Source of the DNA: an uncultured bacterium
GTDB lineage: Bacteria > Latescibacterota > UBA2968 > UBA8231
Direction of reading: 5' to 3'
Assembly (NCBI GenBank): GCA_937942165.1
Contig: CALDFW010000052.1
Location: 1 to 56,037, forward strand
DNA length: 56,037 bases
This document shows, one piece after another, positions 9,460 through 18,835 of the stretch (positions are counted from its first letter, which is position 1; each line of letters begins with the position of its first letter). The translations under genes were made by a program, and so were the position numbers. The notes beneath the pieces were generated by a model. The model had not been told where the DNA came from. It did no database searches and saw only the letters and a program-made list of their open reading frames with translations.

Positions 9460-9932
9460 CGTCGACGGTAGGTGGCAAAGGTCAGTTCATCTTCGCTGCG
9501 GCATTCGACTCTATTCCACTCCGTCCTTTCCCAAGACGGAAAAAAAGCATCTCCGTCGACCTGTTCTGGTATATGGGTCAACACCATCTCGTCGATTTGA
9601 GTCAGGGCCAGTCGATATATCTCAGCTCCACCTAGGATAAAGACTCTACCTTTGGCTTCCCGCTCGGCGCGTGTATAGGCAGCTTCTAGGCTGGTGAAGA
9701 CTTCGGCGTCCCCCTCCGCGGAATAATCCGCGTTCCGACTGAGGACAATGTTGAGTCGGCCGGGAAGCGGGCGGATCTGAAAGGATTCATACGTCTTTCT
9801 ACCGGCAATAACTGGATATCCGCGGGTCGTATCGCGGAAGTGTTTCATATCTGCTGGGTAGTGCCAAGGAATATCGTTTTTGCTGCCAATCACGCCGTTG
9901 CTACTTATGGCTGCGATAATGGTTTTTATCAC
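9456..9932 (-). CDS. folA: Dihydrofolate reductase
   Basis: NGVIG..NDIPWH, DMKHFR, GRKTYES, RPLPGRLNIVLSR, ILGGAEIY, GDAFFP. Confidence 0.95.
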   Translation of the reverse strand: MIKTIIAAISSNGVIGSKNDIPWHYPADMKHFRDTTRGYPVIAGRKTYESFQIRPLPGRLNIVLSRNADYSAEGDAEVFTSLEAAYTRAEREAKGRVFILGGAEIYRLALTQIDEMVLTHIPEQVDGDAFFPSWERTEWNRVECRSEDELTFATYRRR

Positions 9933-10672
9933 GATGATGCTTCTCCAGGGTGAAAAAAGGGGTAGACGACGTCGTGCTTTGAGCGTTGAGCCTCTCCGAC
10001 GGAGCCGGAAAATACCACTTGGCCCTCATCTAACATAAGGAGTCGTCCATCGAGTCGGTCAATGCTCAGCAACTCGTGCGTTACAATAACGATTGTGATA
10101 CCCAATGCTCGATTGAGCGTCAGCAAGAGTTCATCTATTTCCGCTGCCGTAACGGGGTCGAGTCCTGCGCTGGGTTCGTCGCAAAAGAGAATTTCGGGAT
10201 CTAGCGCCATTGCACGAGCAAGTGCCACTCGTTTGCGCATGCCCCCCGATAATTCGCTGGGCATGCGATCCTGCGTTCCCTCGAGGGATACGCTGGCCAG
10301 CCGCAAGCGGACAATTTGCTCAATCTGAGCAGGGGGCAGATCCGTATGCATCTCTAAGGGAAGAGCGATGTTTTCGCCTACGGTAAGTGAGTTGAGTAAC
10401 GCCCCGTATTGAAACATGACGCCAAGGCGTTTGGCCAACTCAGACTGACTTTCTTCATCGAGGTTAGCCGTATTTATGCCCAGGATCTCAACGCGCCCTT
10501 CGCGCGGCTCAATCAGGCCGGTGATGGTCTTTAGTAACGTGCTTTTACCGCATCCGCTTCCCCCCAGTATGACCGCAATTTCGCCCTTCCCAACCTCGGC
10601 ATCGATACCTTTTAAAACAGGAGTCTCGCCGTAGTCGACGCGGAGATTGGCTATGCGAATGGCCGTTTCCAT
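9929..10672 (-). CDS. mlaF: MlaF/Mkl-type ABC ATPase
   Basis: Walker A GGSGCGKS, LSGGMRKRVALARA, Walker B FCDEPSAGLDP, VTHEL. Start set at METAI. Confidence 0.9.
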   Translation of the reverse strand: METAIRIANLRVDYGETPVLKGIDAEVGKGEIAVILGGSGCGKSTLLKTITGLIEPREGRVEILGINTANLDEESQSELAKRLGVMFQYGALLNSLTVGENIALPLEMHTDLPPAQIEQIVRLRLASVSLEGTQDRMPSELSGGMRKRVALARAMALDPEILFCDEPSAGLDPVTAAEIDELLLTLNRALGITIVIVTHELLSIDRLDGRLLMLDEGQVVFSGSVGEAQRSKHDVVYPFFHPGEASS

Positions 10673-10679
10673 GAGGGCA

Positions 10680-11768
10680 CTAGTAGAAAAGCAGGTTAAA
10701 GGCGAGGTCGAGGACAATAATCCCGACGAGTGAACTGACGACTGCCGAAGTTATAGCCTGGCCTACTCCCACCGCTCCGCCGCTAAAGTTTACACCTCGA
10801 TAGACGGCTATGACTGTGATGATCCACGCAAAAAAAGCGCTTTTGATCAACCCAGTTAGAATGTCTTTCAAAAAGAGCGAGGAGAGGATTTGCGTGACAA
10901 AGGCTGCCGGGGAAATACCCATGGAGAAGACGCCAATAACCGTGCCGCCGAGGATGCCTACAAAGTCGGCCATGACGGTTAGTAGTGGAACCGTTACAAC
11001 CATCGCCCACATTTTTGGAACAGCGACAAAGCGAAGGGGTTCAAGGGCCATGGTGCGAAGTGCGTCCAGCTCTTCGGAAAACTTCATAGTGGCGATCTCT
11101 GCTGCTATCGCAGACCCAGATCGTCCAGCGACCATAATTGCGGTCATAAGAGGGCCCAGCTCGGTGGTGATGCCAATGGCCAGCAGATCGGCCACATAGA
11201 TGTCTGCGCCAAACTGGCGCAGCTGAGCTGCTGACTGTAGAGCCGAAACGGCGCCGATTAGAAATAAGATGAGCCCGATAATTGGCAGGGCTTGAGCTCC
11301 AATTGCATAGGCCTGGTCAACAAAGGCATCTCGTCGAATAGCGCGTCGATTCCATAGGGCTTGGACGCTAAAGTAGCTGAGATCAGCCATGAGATAGAGA
11401 AAGTCTGCTGCGTGTTCGATAAATCTATAAGCCGAAGCACCGAAACGCTCTAAGAAGGGGATACGCGCCGGCGTTGGCTTGGCCGCAGCAGGAAGAGGAG
11501 TGGCAAATTGAAAAATAGACTGTAGATGTTCGGGGAGGGGGCCTAGTTGCAACGAGCTTTCATGCTGATTCGCCAGCGCTGAAAGCTGATGGAGAAACAG
11601 AGCGCCCGCTGTGTCGAGACGCTCTAGTGTATCGAGATTTACCTGCCACTGAGCTGAGGGATGTTCGGAGAATAGCAGGCGAACGGTTTGGTCGACTTCG
11701 GAGAGGTTGCTAAGGACCAGCGCATCGCTGAGAAATAGAGTTGACCCTTGGTTATAAACGGAGCTCAT
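10680..11768 (-). CDS. mlaE: MlaE permease with N-terminal STAS domain
   Basis: STAS-like LDTAGA; ELGPLMTAIMVAGRSGSAIAAEIATMK..EELDAL; GGAVGVG.A.TSAVV. Confidence 0.9.
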   Translation of the reverse strand: MSSVYNQGSTLFLSDALVLSNLSEVDQTVRLLFSEHPSAQWQVNLDTLERLDTAGALFLHQLSALANQHESSLQLGPLPEHLQSIFQFATPLPAAAKPTPARIPFLERFGASAYRFIEHAADFLYLMADLSYFSVQALWNRRAIRRDAFVDQAYAIGAQALPIIGLILFLIGAVSALQSAAQLRQFGADIYVADLLAIGITTELGPLMTAIMVAGRSGSAIAAEIATMKFSEELDALRTMALEPLRFVAVPKMWAMVVTVPLLTVMADFVGILGGTVIGVFSMGISPAAFVTQILSSLFLKDILTGLIKSAFFAWIITVIAVYRGVNFSGGAVGVGQAITSAVVSSLVGIIVLDLAFNLLFY

Positions 11769-13291
11769 AGCAGGTAGACGAAACGCAGCAATGCCTGCTG
11801 CTCGGATTGCAGGCGCAGGATGGGTTTTCTGCGCTGCACGTCGAGGACCAAATCGAGGTTGATATAGCGACTAAGCTGTATGCGCCAGCGGTTTTCTAGG
11901 GAAAATTCCCAGGCCTTTGTTCTGAGGCCGGGGATAAGGAGTTCGAACTCGGAGTCGAGGCTGACAAAGCGCGAAATACGCGAGTCGAGAACGAGCAGCG
12001 TTTCCAAACCGGTGCTCGTAGCAGTTTCAATTTGACGTGCCGTGGTCCGGTCCTGGCTCAGGTCATAGGTGTCAAAGACATAGGTTTGTCTCGCACCGAG
12101 ACCAACGCGCATGGCTAAGTTGAGCGGGAAGCTGCGCACGAGCTGAGCGTTTATGCCGAATCCCTGGCTAAATTCAAGGGGACTGAGCGCGGGTGAGATG
12201 GTGAATTCACTGATGTTGAACAGCGAGGTGGTATCACCCTTGGTGTTAATTTGACTGAGGCGTTGGGGTTGATCAAATCGCGCTTCAGTAGCAAATAATT
12301 TGGTCGATATTTGTCCGCGTAGGTAGGGGCCAAATCGATCAGAGAGGCCGCGGTATATGTACGTGCCGCGCAGGTCGAGGTCATCGATCGACTTACGAAA
12401 TGCGTCGCCTTCTTCGCGCGTGAAACCCTCTTCGACAATAAACCGTATGTTGGCAAAGGTGTTTTCTGAATTATAGCTAGTTCGGCCAAATACCTGAGCT
12501 GAAAGCGAAAAGATAGACAGGTCGTTGCCCGTCGTATTTTGCGAGGTGGTAAACTGGGTAGAGCCGCTCAGCTGCCATGAAGTTTTCCAATTTGAGGAGC
12601 GGCCCTGCCCGAGCAAGCCCTGCAAGGTGGGCGGGTAGAAGCCGATAAAGCGGAGCGTGCTGGTGTCGACGACAAGGTTGCGCTGTATGAGCTCTCCCGG
12701 CTCGAGGCGCACGCTAAATTTGCGCGTTGTCGATATGTTGTCGCCTACGCTGAGCACCGTGTAGACGCCCGGCGGGAGTAGCCACGTTTTTACGGCTTCT
12801 CCGCGTTCTTCCTCAATCCCAAATCCAATACCATAGTTTTCTCGCTGGTCTTGCCAATACAGCTCGTAAGACTCATTTACGGAAGTCCGGTTGTCATCGA
12901 TTACGTTAATGACGAGCCCCGACCAAAAAGGCTTAACGAGCGTGGTCATTCCTTCGCGGACCTCGACGGTGCGGCTCATCATTTGAGCGATGGACCCCGA
13001 ACCGATAAAAACCTCATAGTAGCCAGGGGCAAGCATGACGCCGGTGCCAGGGTTGGCCTCAGTCACCTCGTCGTTACCCTGAAATACGCGGTAGCTCGGT
13101 TCGTTTAGGGGATTGGACATTGCGGGGACAAAGAGAAAACCCTTCCCCTTGGGTATGAGCGAGGGGTCGCGCTCTAGCTGCGCGCGAGAAGGCGGTGAAA
13201 TCCAACTATAGCTCTTGTCTTGGGCCTGTGTAAGTGAGGCTCCCATACAGAAGAAGATGATAAGGAGGTGCAGTAGGCGCATAGTGTTCAT
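11765..13291 (-). CDS. Secreted protein with two PEGA-like beta-sandwich repeats and a probable C-terminal outer-membrane beta-barrel
   Basis: Signal peptide ending AQA; repeats LAPGYYEV..VEVREG and LPPGVYTV..VRLEPG; alternating amphipathic strands ending LLRFVYLL. Confidence 0.55.
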   Translation of the reverse strand: MNTMRLLHLLIIFFCMGASLTQAQDKSYSWISPPSRAQLERDPSLIPKGKGFLFVPAMSNPLNEPSYRVFQGNDEVTEANPGTGVMLAPGYYEVFIGSGSIAQMMSRTVEVREGMTTLVKPFWSGLVINVIDDNRTSVNESYELYWQDQRENYGIGFGIEEERGEAVKTWLLPPGVYTVLSVGDNISTTRKFSVRLEPGELIQRNLVVDTSTLRFIGFYPPTLQGLLGQGRSSNWKTSWQLSGSTQFTTSQNTTGNDLSIFSLSAQVFGRTSYNSENTFANIRFIVEEGFTREEGDAFRKSIDDLDLRGTYIYRGLSDRFGPYLRGQISTKLFATEARFDQPQRLSQINTKGDTTSLFNISEFTISPALSPLEFSQGFGINAQLVRSFPLNLAMRVGLGARQTYVFDTYDLSQDRTTARQIETATSTGLETLLVLDSRISRFVSLDSEFELLIPGLRTKAWEFSLENRWRIQLSRYINLDLVLDVQRRKPILRLQSEQQALLRFVYLL

Positions 13292-14067
13292 TGTGCGATC
13301 TTACCCGGAATGAGCTCGTAGTCTTCCTCATCGGTTTCTAGCCTATTGTCTTTTAAATCCTCGACGCTGCTGGTAGGTACGACTTGGAGAGAATCGATGG
13401 TGAGTTCTTCCGTAGAGTTACCCCGCTGCATATTGAGAAAGAGAAAATCAATCTCGCGCATGGAGGTTTCCATCTGCTGTCCCAGAATCTGGCTAAATGC
13501 AGCCACGGTGTGCTTCATTTTGGGAAAGAATACCTGACGTTCCTCATCAAAGTCTTTTTGCCATACCACTAGGGCATCTTCTTGGCGCACCAGCTCCATA
13601 CTCATTGCAAGATGGGACGCCCATACGTCTCCGCTGTCGAAGCGTTCCACTGCCTTTACCACACCACTGAGCACATAGTCTGGGCGCCGGTCGTAAAAGT
13701 CGCGGTCGCCGCCTACATACGTAAAGAGGTTGGCCTGGCGTAGATACTGCTGAACAGCATCAGTAAAGAGATCTCCCGGTCGCGTGATCCAACTGTGTAG
13801 CGGATCGCGATGTAGTTCGTATCGGTCGCGGCGGAAAACGATTTCCGTGCGGTTGTAGGCCCGCTGGACATCGAATGTTTTAACCTGGACCTGAACAGCG
13901 TAGGGGCGCTCAGACTGAGCTAAGCCACCTTGCACAACTTCGGTGCCAAAGTCGTAGAAACGCCGCTGAGGGAGCTCCGCATTGCCCCCGAGAATTTGTG
14001 CACAACCGCTGCATACAAGAGCGATTGAGAGAGGCAGGACATATTTCCGAGCGTTATTCTGAGCCAC
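13288..14067 (-). CDS. ABC transport auxiliary lipoprotein (PqiC/DUF330-like)
   Basis: Lipobox CSGC; RFYD, IVFR....., HSW...P, DYVLSG.V..(F/V)E; located in an MCE operon. Confidence 0.75.
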   Translation of the reverse strand: MAQNNARKYVLPLSIALVCSGCAQILGGNAELPQRRFYDFGTEVVQGGLAQSERPYAVQVQVKTFDVQRAYNRTEIVFRRDRYELHRDPLHSWITRPGDLFTDAVQQYLRQANLFTYVGGDRDFYDRRPDYVLSGVVKAVERFDSGDVWASHLAMSMELVRQEDALVVWQKDFDEERQVFFPKMKHTVAAFSQILGQQMETSMREIDFLFLNMQRGNSTEELTIDSLQVVPTSSVEDLKDNRLETDEEDYELIPGKIAQ

Positions 14068-15040
14068 TATTACGTCCTCCCCCGCGGATGAGCACGGCCG
14101 GGTTCTCGCGGATTAGCTCCGTTGTTTCGCGAACGTTTTGTAGGGTCTCTTCTAAATCCTGCATAGCGCGAAGCAGGTTTTGTCGGCTCGCGCCAACAGT
14201 TTGGTCAACGCCGACAAACGTTCGGTCTATGTTCTGCACCATGGTGTCGGCCCGTGCTATGAGAAGGGGTAGGGGACCGTCCATCTGCAGGCGGATCGCT
14301 CGCATAGTTTCACTAAAGTCGTCGACCGAACGCTGCACCTGGTCTCCGGCTAGCAGACTGTGAAGTGAATCCATCGTTGCGTTCATGCTCTGAGTGGTCG
14401 ATGTGAGTAGTTGGCTTGTTTGACGGATTTGGAGAAGCGTGCTGTCCAACGTTGAGCGGTTGTCCTGTACAAAGTCGTTTGTCGTCTCGACTAGGTCGCC
14501 CGCATTGGACAGCAGACGCGTAAAAACGAGCTGATTCTCTGTGCTGAGTAACTTGTTGAAGTTATCGACGGACTGTTCAATTTTGACGGTTAAAACTTCT
14601 GCGCGCTCTTGAAGGTTGCTGAAGAATGTGTCGCCGGCTCTGATGGGAGAACCGGAGGGGAGCGGAGCGGCTTCGTTGCTCCCGCCGTATAGTTCAATGT
14701 ACTTGAGGCCGGTTATTCCGAGCGATGCCATGCGTGCTTCGGTGTCTACGCGAATTGCGTTTTCTGCGCTGCGCTGCTCAACGGATATCTCGACTACGAC
14801 CGTATTAACGTCTTCAGCAGAAATGTAAATATCTTCGACTCTTCCTACGCTATAGCCGAGATATTTGACGGCTGCTCCTTTGTTGAGGCCGCTGACGGGC
14901 GCGTCGGTGAACTCAATGGTGTAAAGGTCTCTTTTACCCAGAAGCCGGGTCCCGATTACCGCTGCAAGAAAGAGCCCAAGCGCGGAGAGGGCGACGAGAA
15001 AAAAAAGTGCAAGTCGTACTTTTTGTGCCCTAGTGGCCAT
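14054..15040 (-). CDS. mlaD: MlaD/MCE-domain protein with a long helical C-terminal region
   Basis: N-terminal TM; VSGLNKGAAVKYLGYSVGRV; GITGLKYIELYGG; ends ENPAVLIRG. Confidence 0.88.
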   Translation of the reverse strand: MATRAQKVRLALFFLVALSALGLFLAAVIGTRLLGKRDLYTIEFTDAPVSGLNKGAAVKYLGYSVGRVEDIYISAEDVNTVVVEISVEQRSAENAIRVDTEARMASLGITGLKYIELYGGSNEAAPLPSGSPIRAGDTFFSNLQERAEVLTVKIEQSVDNFNKLLSTENQLVFTRLLSNAGDLVETTNDFVQDNRSTLDSTLLQIRQTSQLLTSTTQSMNATMDSLHSLLAGDQVQRSVDDFSETMRAIRLQMDGPLPLLIARADTMVQNIDRTFVGVDQTVGASRQNLLRAMQDLEETLQNVRETTELIRENPAVLIRGGGRNSGSE

Positions 15041-15157
15041 GGAATGTCTCTCTGTTCAAAACAGAGCAGGTCGAGTGAATGGAGTGCATTTACTGTGCCT
15101 TGTGGGAATATGAGAATTGTACAAGTCTTTTGCAAGCGCGCAGATTGGCCTGGGCGG

Positions 15158-16033
15158 CTATGCGGTAGGGAGGATGACGCGCAGGGCCTTTGGAACCGAA
15201 GTTACCCTTAGCGTCGTGGTGCCACAGCGCTCACCGTCAGCAGAGAACAAACGTTCGGTTTCGCCTGAAATTTCCAGCGCCTCTGTGCGCACTATGTGCA
15301 CGGATGGATGGTGAATATGGCGACCGAGAAATACGCTGGGGAGCAGAGATAGAGCCTGTGCATAAGTGAGCGGCTCTATGATGCACACGTCGAGTAGGCC
15401 GTCCTGTGGATCGGCATTGGGCGCGATTTGCATGCCGCCCCCGTAAGAGCGGGTATTGGCACTGGCAACGAGAAAGACAGGCCCCTCAAAACGCCCGAAC
15501 GAACCGCTTAGGGTTGTTTGGGGTGGTGTAAAATGTCGCAAATGGCGCAGTGCTTGTAGCACATAGCCCGCCGTCCCGCCCAGCGGAGCCTGCCCCGCCT
15601 CCATGGCCGCGCTCACTTCGGCATCAAATCCGTAGGCGACAACGGTGGAAAAATAGCGGTCCCCGCAGCGGCCCAAGTCGATGGGGACGGCGCGCCCCTC
15701 GACCAGCGTTTGCACGGCTTTGCTAAGGGTGCGTGGCACGCCGAGGCCCCGTGCAAAGTCGTTGGCAGTGCCAAAGGGCAACAGGCCTAGGGTCGTCGGC
15801 GTGTTTAGAAGCGCTGGTACGACTTCCGACAGGGTGCCGTCCCCTCCGCAAACGGCCACTGTTTCAACGCCCTCAGAGACGGCCTGCGCAGCGAGTTGGT
15901 AACCGTGTCCCTTTTGGTGGGTATAGTGCAGTTCGACGGTTATACCGTCTCGCTGTAGTTGCAGGGCAGCCCGTTCAGCAAAGCGTCGAGCACGTCCCTG
16001 GCCTGCTACGGGGTTGGCCAATATCCAAATCAT
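15158..16033 (-). CDS. Diacylglycerol/lipid kinase family protein (YegS/DgkB-like)
   Basis: ANPVAG, CGGDGT, PFGTANDFA, NTRSYGGG, DGLLDV, ADGE. Start set at MIWIL. Confidence 0.9.
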   Translation of the reverse strand: MIWILANPVAGQGRARRFAERAALQLQRDGITVELHYTHQKGHGYQLAAQAVSEGVETVAVCGGDGTLSEVVPALLNTPTTLGLLPFGTANDFARGLGVPRTLSKAVQTLVEGRAVPIDLGRCGDRYFSTVVAYGFDAEVSAAMEAGQAPLGGTAGYVLQALRHLRHFTPPQTTLSGSFGRFEGPVFLVASANTRSYGGGMQIAPNADPQDGLLDVCIIEPLTYAQALSLLPSVFLGRHIHHPSVHIVRTEALEISGETERLFSADGERCGTTTLRVTSVPKALRVILPTA

Positions 16034-16115
16034 GGTTTGCCGTTGTAGAAAATGGAGTTCGTTCCTATGTATGATACGATAATGTGGTCCCATTGCCCAC
16101 GGGGAGAATGTCTTA

Positions 16116-16277
16116 GTGTCTGATGCTACAGAGGACAACAAAAAGCAGGACAAGCGAGAGCTGCGCGAGCAAATAGCGCATCCCTATATAACGAGGCAGC
16201 ACCTGAAGCCCCCTCGTGCCAAGGAGGAGAAGCCCTCGGAGGACAGGCCTCTCAAAGGGGCTAAACCTTGTGATTGA
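16116..16277 (+). CDS. Putative 53-aa charged small protein
   Basis: GGGGAGA SD 8 nt before GTG; MSDATEDNKKQDKRELREQIAHPYITRQHLKPPRAKEEKPSEDRPLKGAKPCD; below the ORF-track cutoff. Confidence 0.4.
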   Translation: MSDATEDNKKQDKRELREQIAHPYITRQHLKPPRAKEEKPSEDRPLKGAKPCD

Positions 16278-16296
16278 ACAGACTAGCTCCTATATT
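16268..16296 (+). promoter_or_regulatory. Possible sigma70 promoter for the FAR-lgt-OYE-SDR genes
   Basis: TTGTGA-17 nt-TATATT followed by an AT-rich leader. Confidence 0.35.
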
Positions 16297-16375
16297 TACA
16301 AGTCTAAATATTTACTGTATTTATGAGTCTATTTTGCACTTTGTGTAGTCGATAAAACTGGGCTTTTACCGATTA

Positions 16376-18010
16376 ATGATAAGAGAATTCTACGAAGGAA
16401 GAACGGTATTATTGACGGGGGGCACGGGCTTTTATGGCCAGGGTCTCTTGGCTAAGATGATGCGTTCTCTACCCGGTATAGCCAAGATCTACGTGCCAAT
16501 TCGAGCGGCTAAGAACCGAGACGGGACGCATATTCCCGTAGAGCAGCGTCTGCGCGCGCTACTTGAGGAAGCGGCCGTATTCAATCGGTTTCGCGAGGAA
16601 GATCCCGAGGGCTTTGCGACATCAGCTCAGAAGGTGGTCGCCGTCCAGTGCGATATGCTCAAACCCGGTTTGGGACTCGAAGATGCGGTGCGCGCTCGGC
16701 TAGAAGACGAGCTCGATATACTCGTGAGCTGTGCAGCTACGGTTTCTTTTGACGATCCGCTCGACCATTCTCTCCAGCTAAATACGCTTGGTCCGAAAGA
16801 GATACTCGAACTGGCACGAGGGTGTAAAAAGAACCCCACGCTAGTGCACGTGTCCACGGCTTACGTAAGCGGTCGACAGACCGGATCGATAGAAGAGGAA
16901 TTACTGCCTGTCGATCGAGATATAAAGCAGATTATGGAAGGGGATCACGTTGGTGAGCCCTTTGACGTGGAGCGAGAGATCGCCGATGGACTAGCCCTCT
17001 GTAGTGAGATTCGGACTCGCGGGGAGAGCGTCGAGCAAGAGACCCTATTTCGTCGCGAGATTCTCGAACAGAGCCGATCTGGGCCCCTTTCAGACGCGCG
17101 ACTGGCCAAGCTAATGGACGGTCATCGTCGGCGCTGGATCGAAAGCGAGTTGGTTCGCGAAGGCATGGAGCGAGCCCAAGCTCGTGGCTGGAATGACGTT
17201 TATACGTATACCAAGGCAATGGGAGAACAGCTTCTGGTTAAGACGCGCGGTCAGGTGCCGCTGGTAATCGTGCGTCCGGCTATTACCGAAAGCAGCCTAA
17301 ATGACCCCGAACCTGGCTGGATTCACGGCCTGAAGGTGACGGATCCGCTCGTCGTCGCCTACGGGCGCGGTATGGTTCCCGACTTTCCGGCGCGCCGCGG
17401 GGCCGCTATGGATCTCGTGCCAATCGATATCGTGATCAATGCGATCGTGCTGGCGCCGACTCGGGCCGATGCCGATACCGTCCGCGTTTTTCACGCCGCT
17501 ACTAGCGGTCAAAACCCGCTTTTGAATACGCAAATGTTCGAATATGTGAAAGGCTACTTCTCTGCGTACCCTCTGTTGGCTAAAGATGGCTCGCGTCCGG
17601 AATTGGTAGAATGGACCTTTCCCAGTGTGAGCGCCTTTCGCCGCGCGCTTCGATGGCGATATATGTATCCGATTGAAGTGCGTCAGTGGCTGCTCGATAA
17701 ACTGCCGGAAGGACAGAAGGCCAATCGAAAAAAGAGGCGATTGGGGGCCATTAAAACTCGGCTGAAGCGCGTTCTGTATTTTGTCGATTTATTTAGTCCC
17801 TACACGACGCTGGACTGTCGCTTCCAGATGGTAAAAATGCTCGAGTTGTACGAGTCTTTGTCGCCCGAAGAGCAGCGAATTTTTAACGTAGATGTCCGCC
17901 AGATCGATTGGGAACAATACTATCAGCATACGCATCTGCCCGGACTGCGTCGTCACGTGCTCAGGGAAGAGGGTGCAGTTGACCCCGTCATGGCCGATGT
18001 CGACGACTAA
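16376..18010 (+). CDS. Fatty acyl-CoA reductase (male-sterility/FAR family)
   Basis: LTGGTGFYG, CAATVSFD, HVSTAYV, YTYTKAMGE (YxxxK), IVRP, DLVPIDIV, and C-terminal Sterile domain F..DVRQIDW..Y...HLPGLRRHVL. Confidence 0.88.
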   Translation: MIREFYEGRTVLLTGGTGFYGQGLLAKMMRSLPGIAKIYVPIRAAKNRDGTHIPVEQRLRALLEEAAVFNRFREEDPEGFATSAQKVVAVQCDMLKPGLGLEDAVRARLEDELDILVSCAATVSFDDPLDHSLQLNTLGPKEILELARGCKKNPTLVHVSTAYVSGRQTGSIEEELLPVDRDIKQIMEGDHVGEPFDVEREIADGLALCSEIRTRGESVEQETLFRREILEQSRSGPLSDARLAKLMDGHRRRWIESELVREGMERAQARGWNDVYTYTKAMGEQLLVKTRGQVPLVIVRPAITESSLNDPEPGWIHGLKVTDPLVVAYGRGMVPDFPARRGAAMDLVPIDIVINAIVLAPTRADADTVRVFHAATSGQNPLLNTQMFEYVKGYFSAYPLLAKDGSRPELVEWTFPSVSAFRRALRWRYMYPIEVRQWLLDKLPEGQKANRKKRRLGAIKTRLKRVLYFVDLFSPYTTLDCRFQMVKMLELYESLSPEEQRIFNVDVRQIDWEQYYQHTHLPGLRRHVLREEGAVDPVMADVDD

Positions 18011-18055
18011 TTGTCCTCGGCGATAAATCCCTCTGTTCCCCGGGCTCAGTTTCCC

Positions 18056-18835
18056 ATGTATCCATACCTACTACACATCGGACCCATAACCATTGCCAGC
18101 TTTGGCCTCATGGTCGCGCTGGGTTTTCTGGCAGCGCTAGCCGTGTTGACGCGAGAACTCAAGCGTAGAGGAGTGCCTGAAGGAGAAGAGCTGGCTTCCT
18201 CTATTATTACTACCGCTATGATCGGCGGATTGATTGGTTCGAAGCTGTACTTTGTGCTCTTTGAGACGCCGTCTGATTTGGAATGGGGCGAACTTTTCGA
18301 TGTGATATTCTCCGGCTACGGCTTGACCTGGTACGGAGGATTTATCGTTGCCACCGCTGCGGTTATGTGGCAGATGCATCGTCGGTCTGCTCCGCTTTTA
18401 ACGGTGGCAGATGCGGGAGCTATGGCCCTTGCTGTGGGATATGCCATTGGGCGAATAGGCTGCCAGCTTGCCGGTGACGGAGATTATGGTGTGCCTACCG
18501 ATCTTCCCTGGGCGATGGCCTATCCCAACGGAGTCGTCCCCACGTTGGAAAAAGTGCACCCAGCGCCGGTCTATGAAACGCTGTCTCATCTAGCTATTTA
18601 CGGCTGTTTGTGGAAGCTGCGAGATCGCCTTGCATTGCCAGGTTTGGGGTTCAGCCTGTACCTGATTCTATCGGGAGTAGCTCGTTTTGCCGTGGAATCC
18701 ATACGCATCAATCCGCGCGTTGTATGGGGCCTTAGTGAGGCACAGCTCATCAGCGTTGCGATGATCGCCCTGGGATGCGTTTGGGGCTTGTCGCTTGTCA
18801 GGCGAGCGACCGTTAATAAGGAGAATGTCGAGTGA
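18056..18835 (+). CDS. lgt: Prolipoprotein diacylglyceryl transferase
   Basis: [45 protein letters not shown]; multiple TM segments. Confidence 0.9.
   Translation: MYPYLLHIGPITIASFGLMVALGFLAALAVLTRELKRRGVPEGEELASSIITTAMIGGLIGSKLYFVLFETPSDLEWGELFDVIFSGYGLTWYGGFIVATAAVMWQMHRRSAPLLTVADAGAMALAVGYAIGRIGCQLAGDGDYGVPTDLPWAMAYPNGVVPTLEKVHPAPVYETLSHLAIYGCLWKLRDRLALPGLGFSLYLILSGVARFAVESIRINPRVVWGLSEAQLISVAMIALGCVWGLSLVRRATVNKENVE

Noticed and set aside
15050-15066. CTCTGTT-CAA-AACAGAG hairpin at the mlaD RBS
   Set aside because: Short, weak stem with a 3-nt loop and no supporting evidence.
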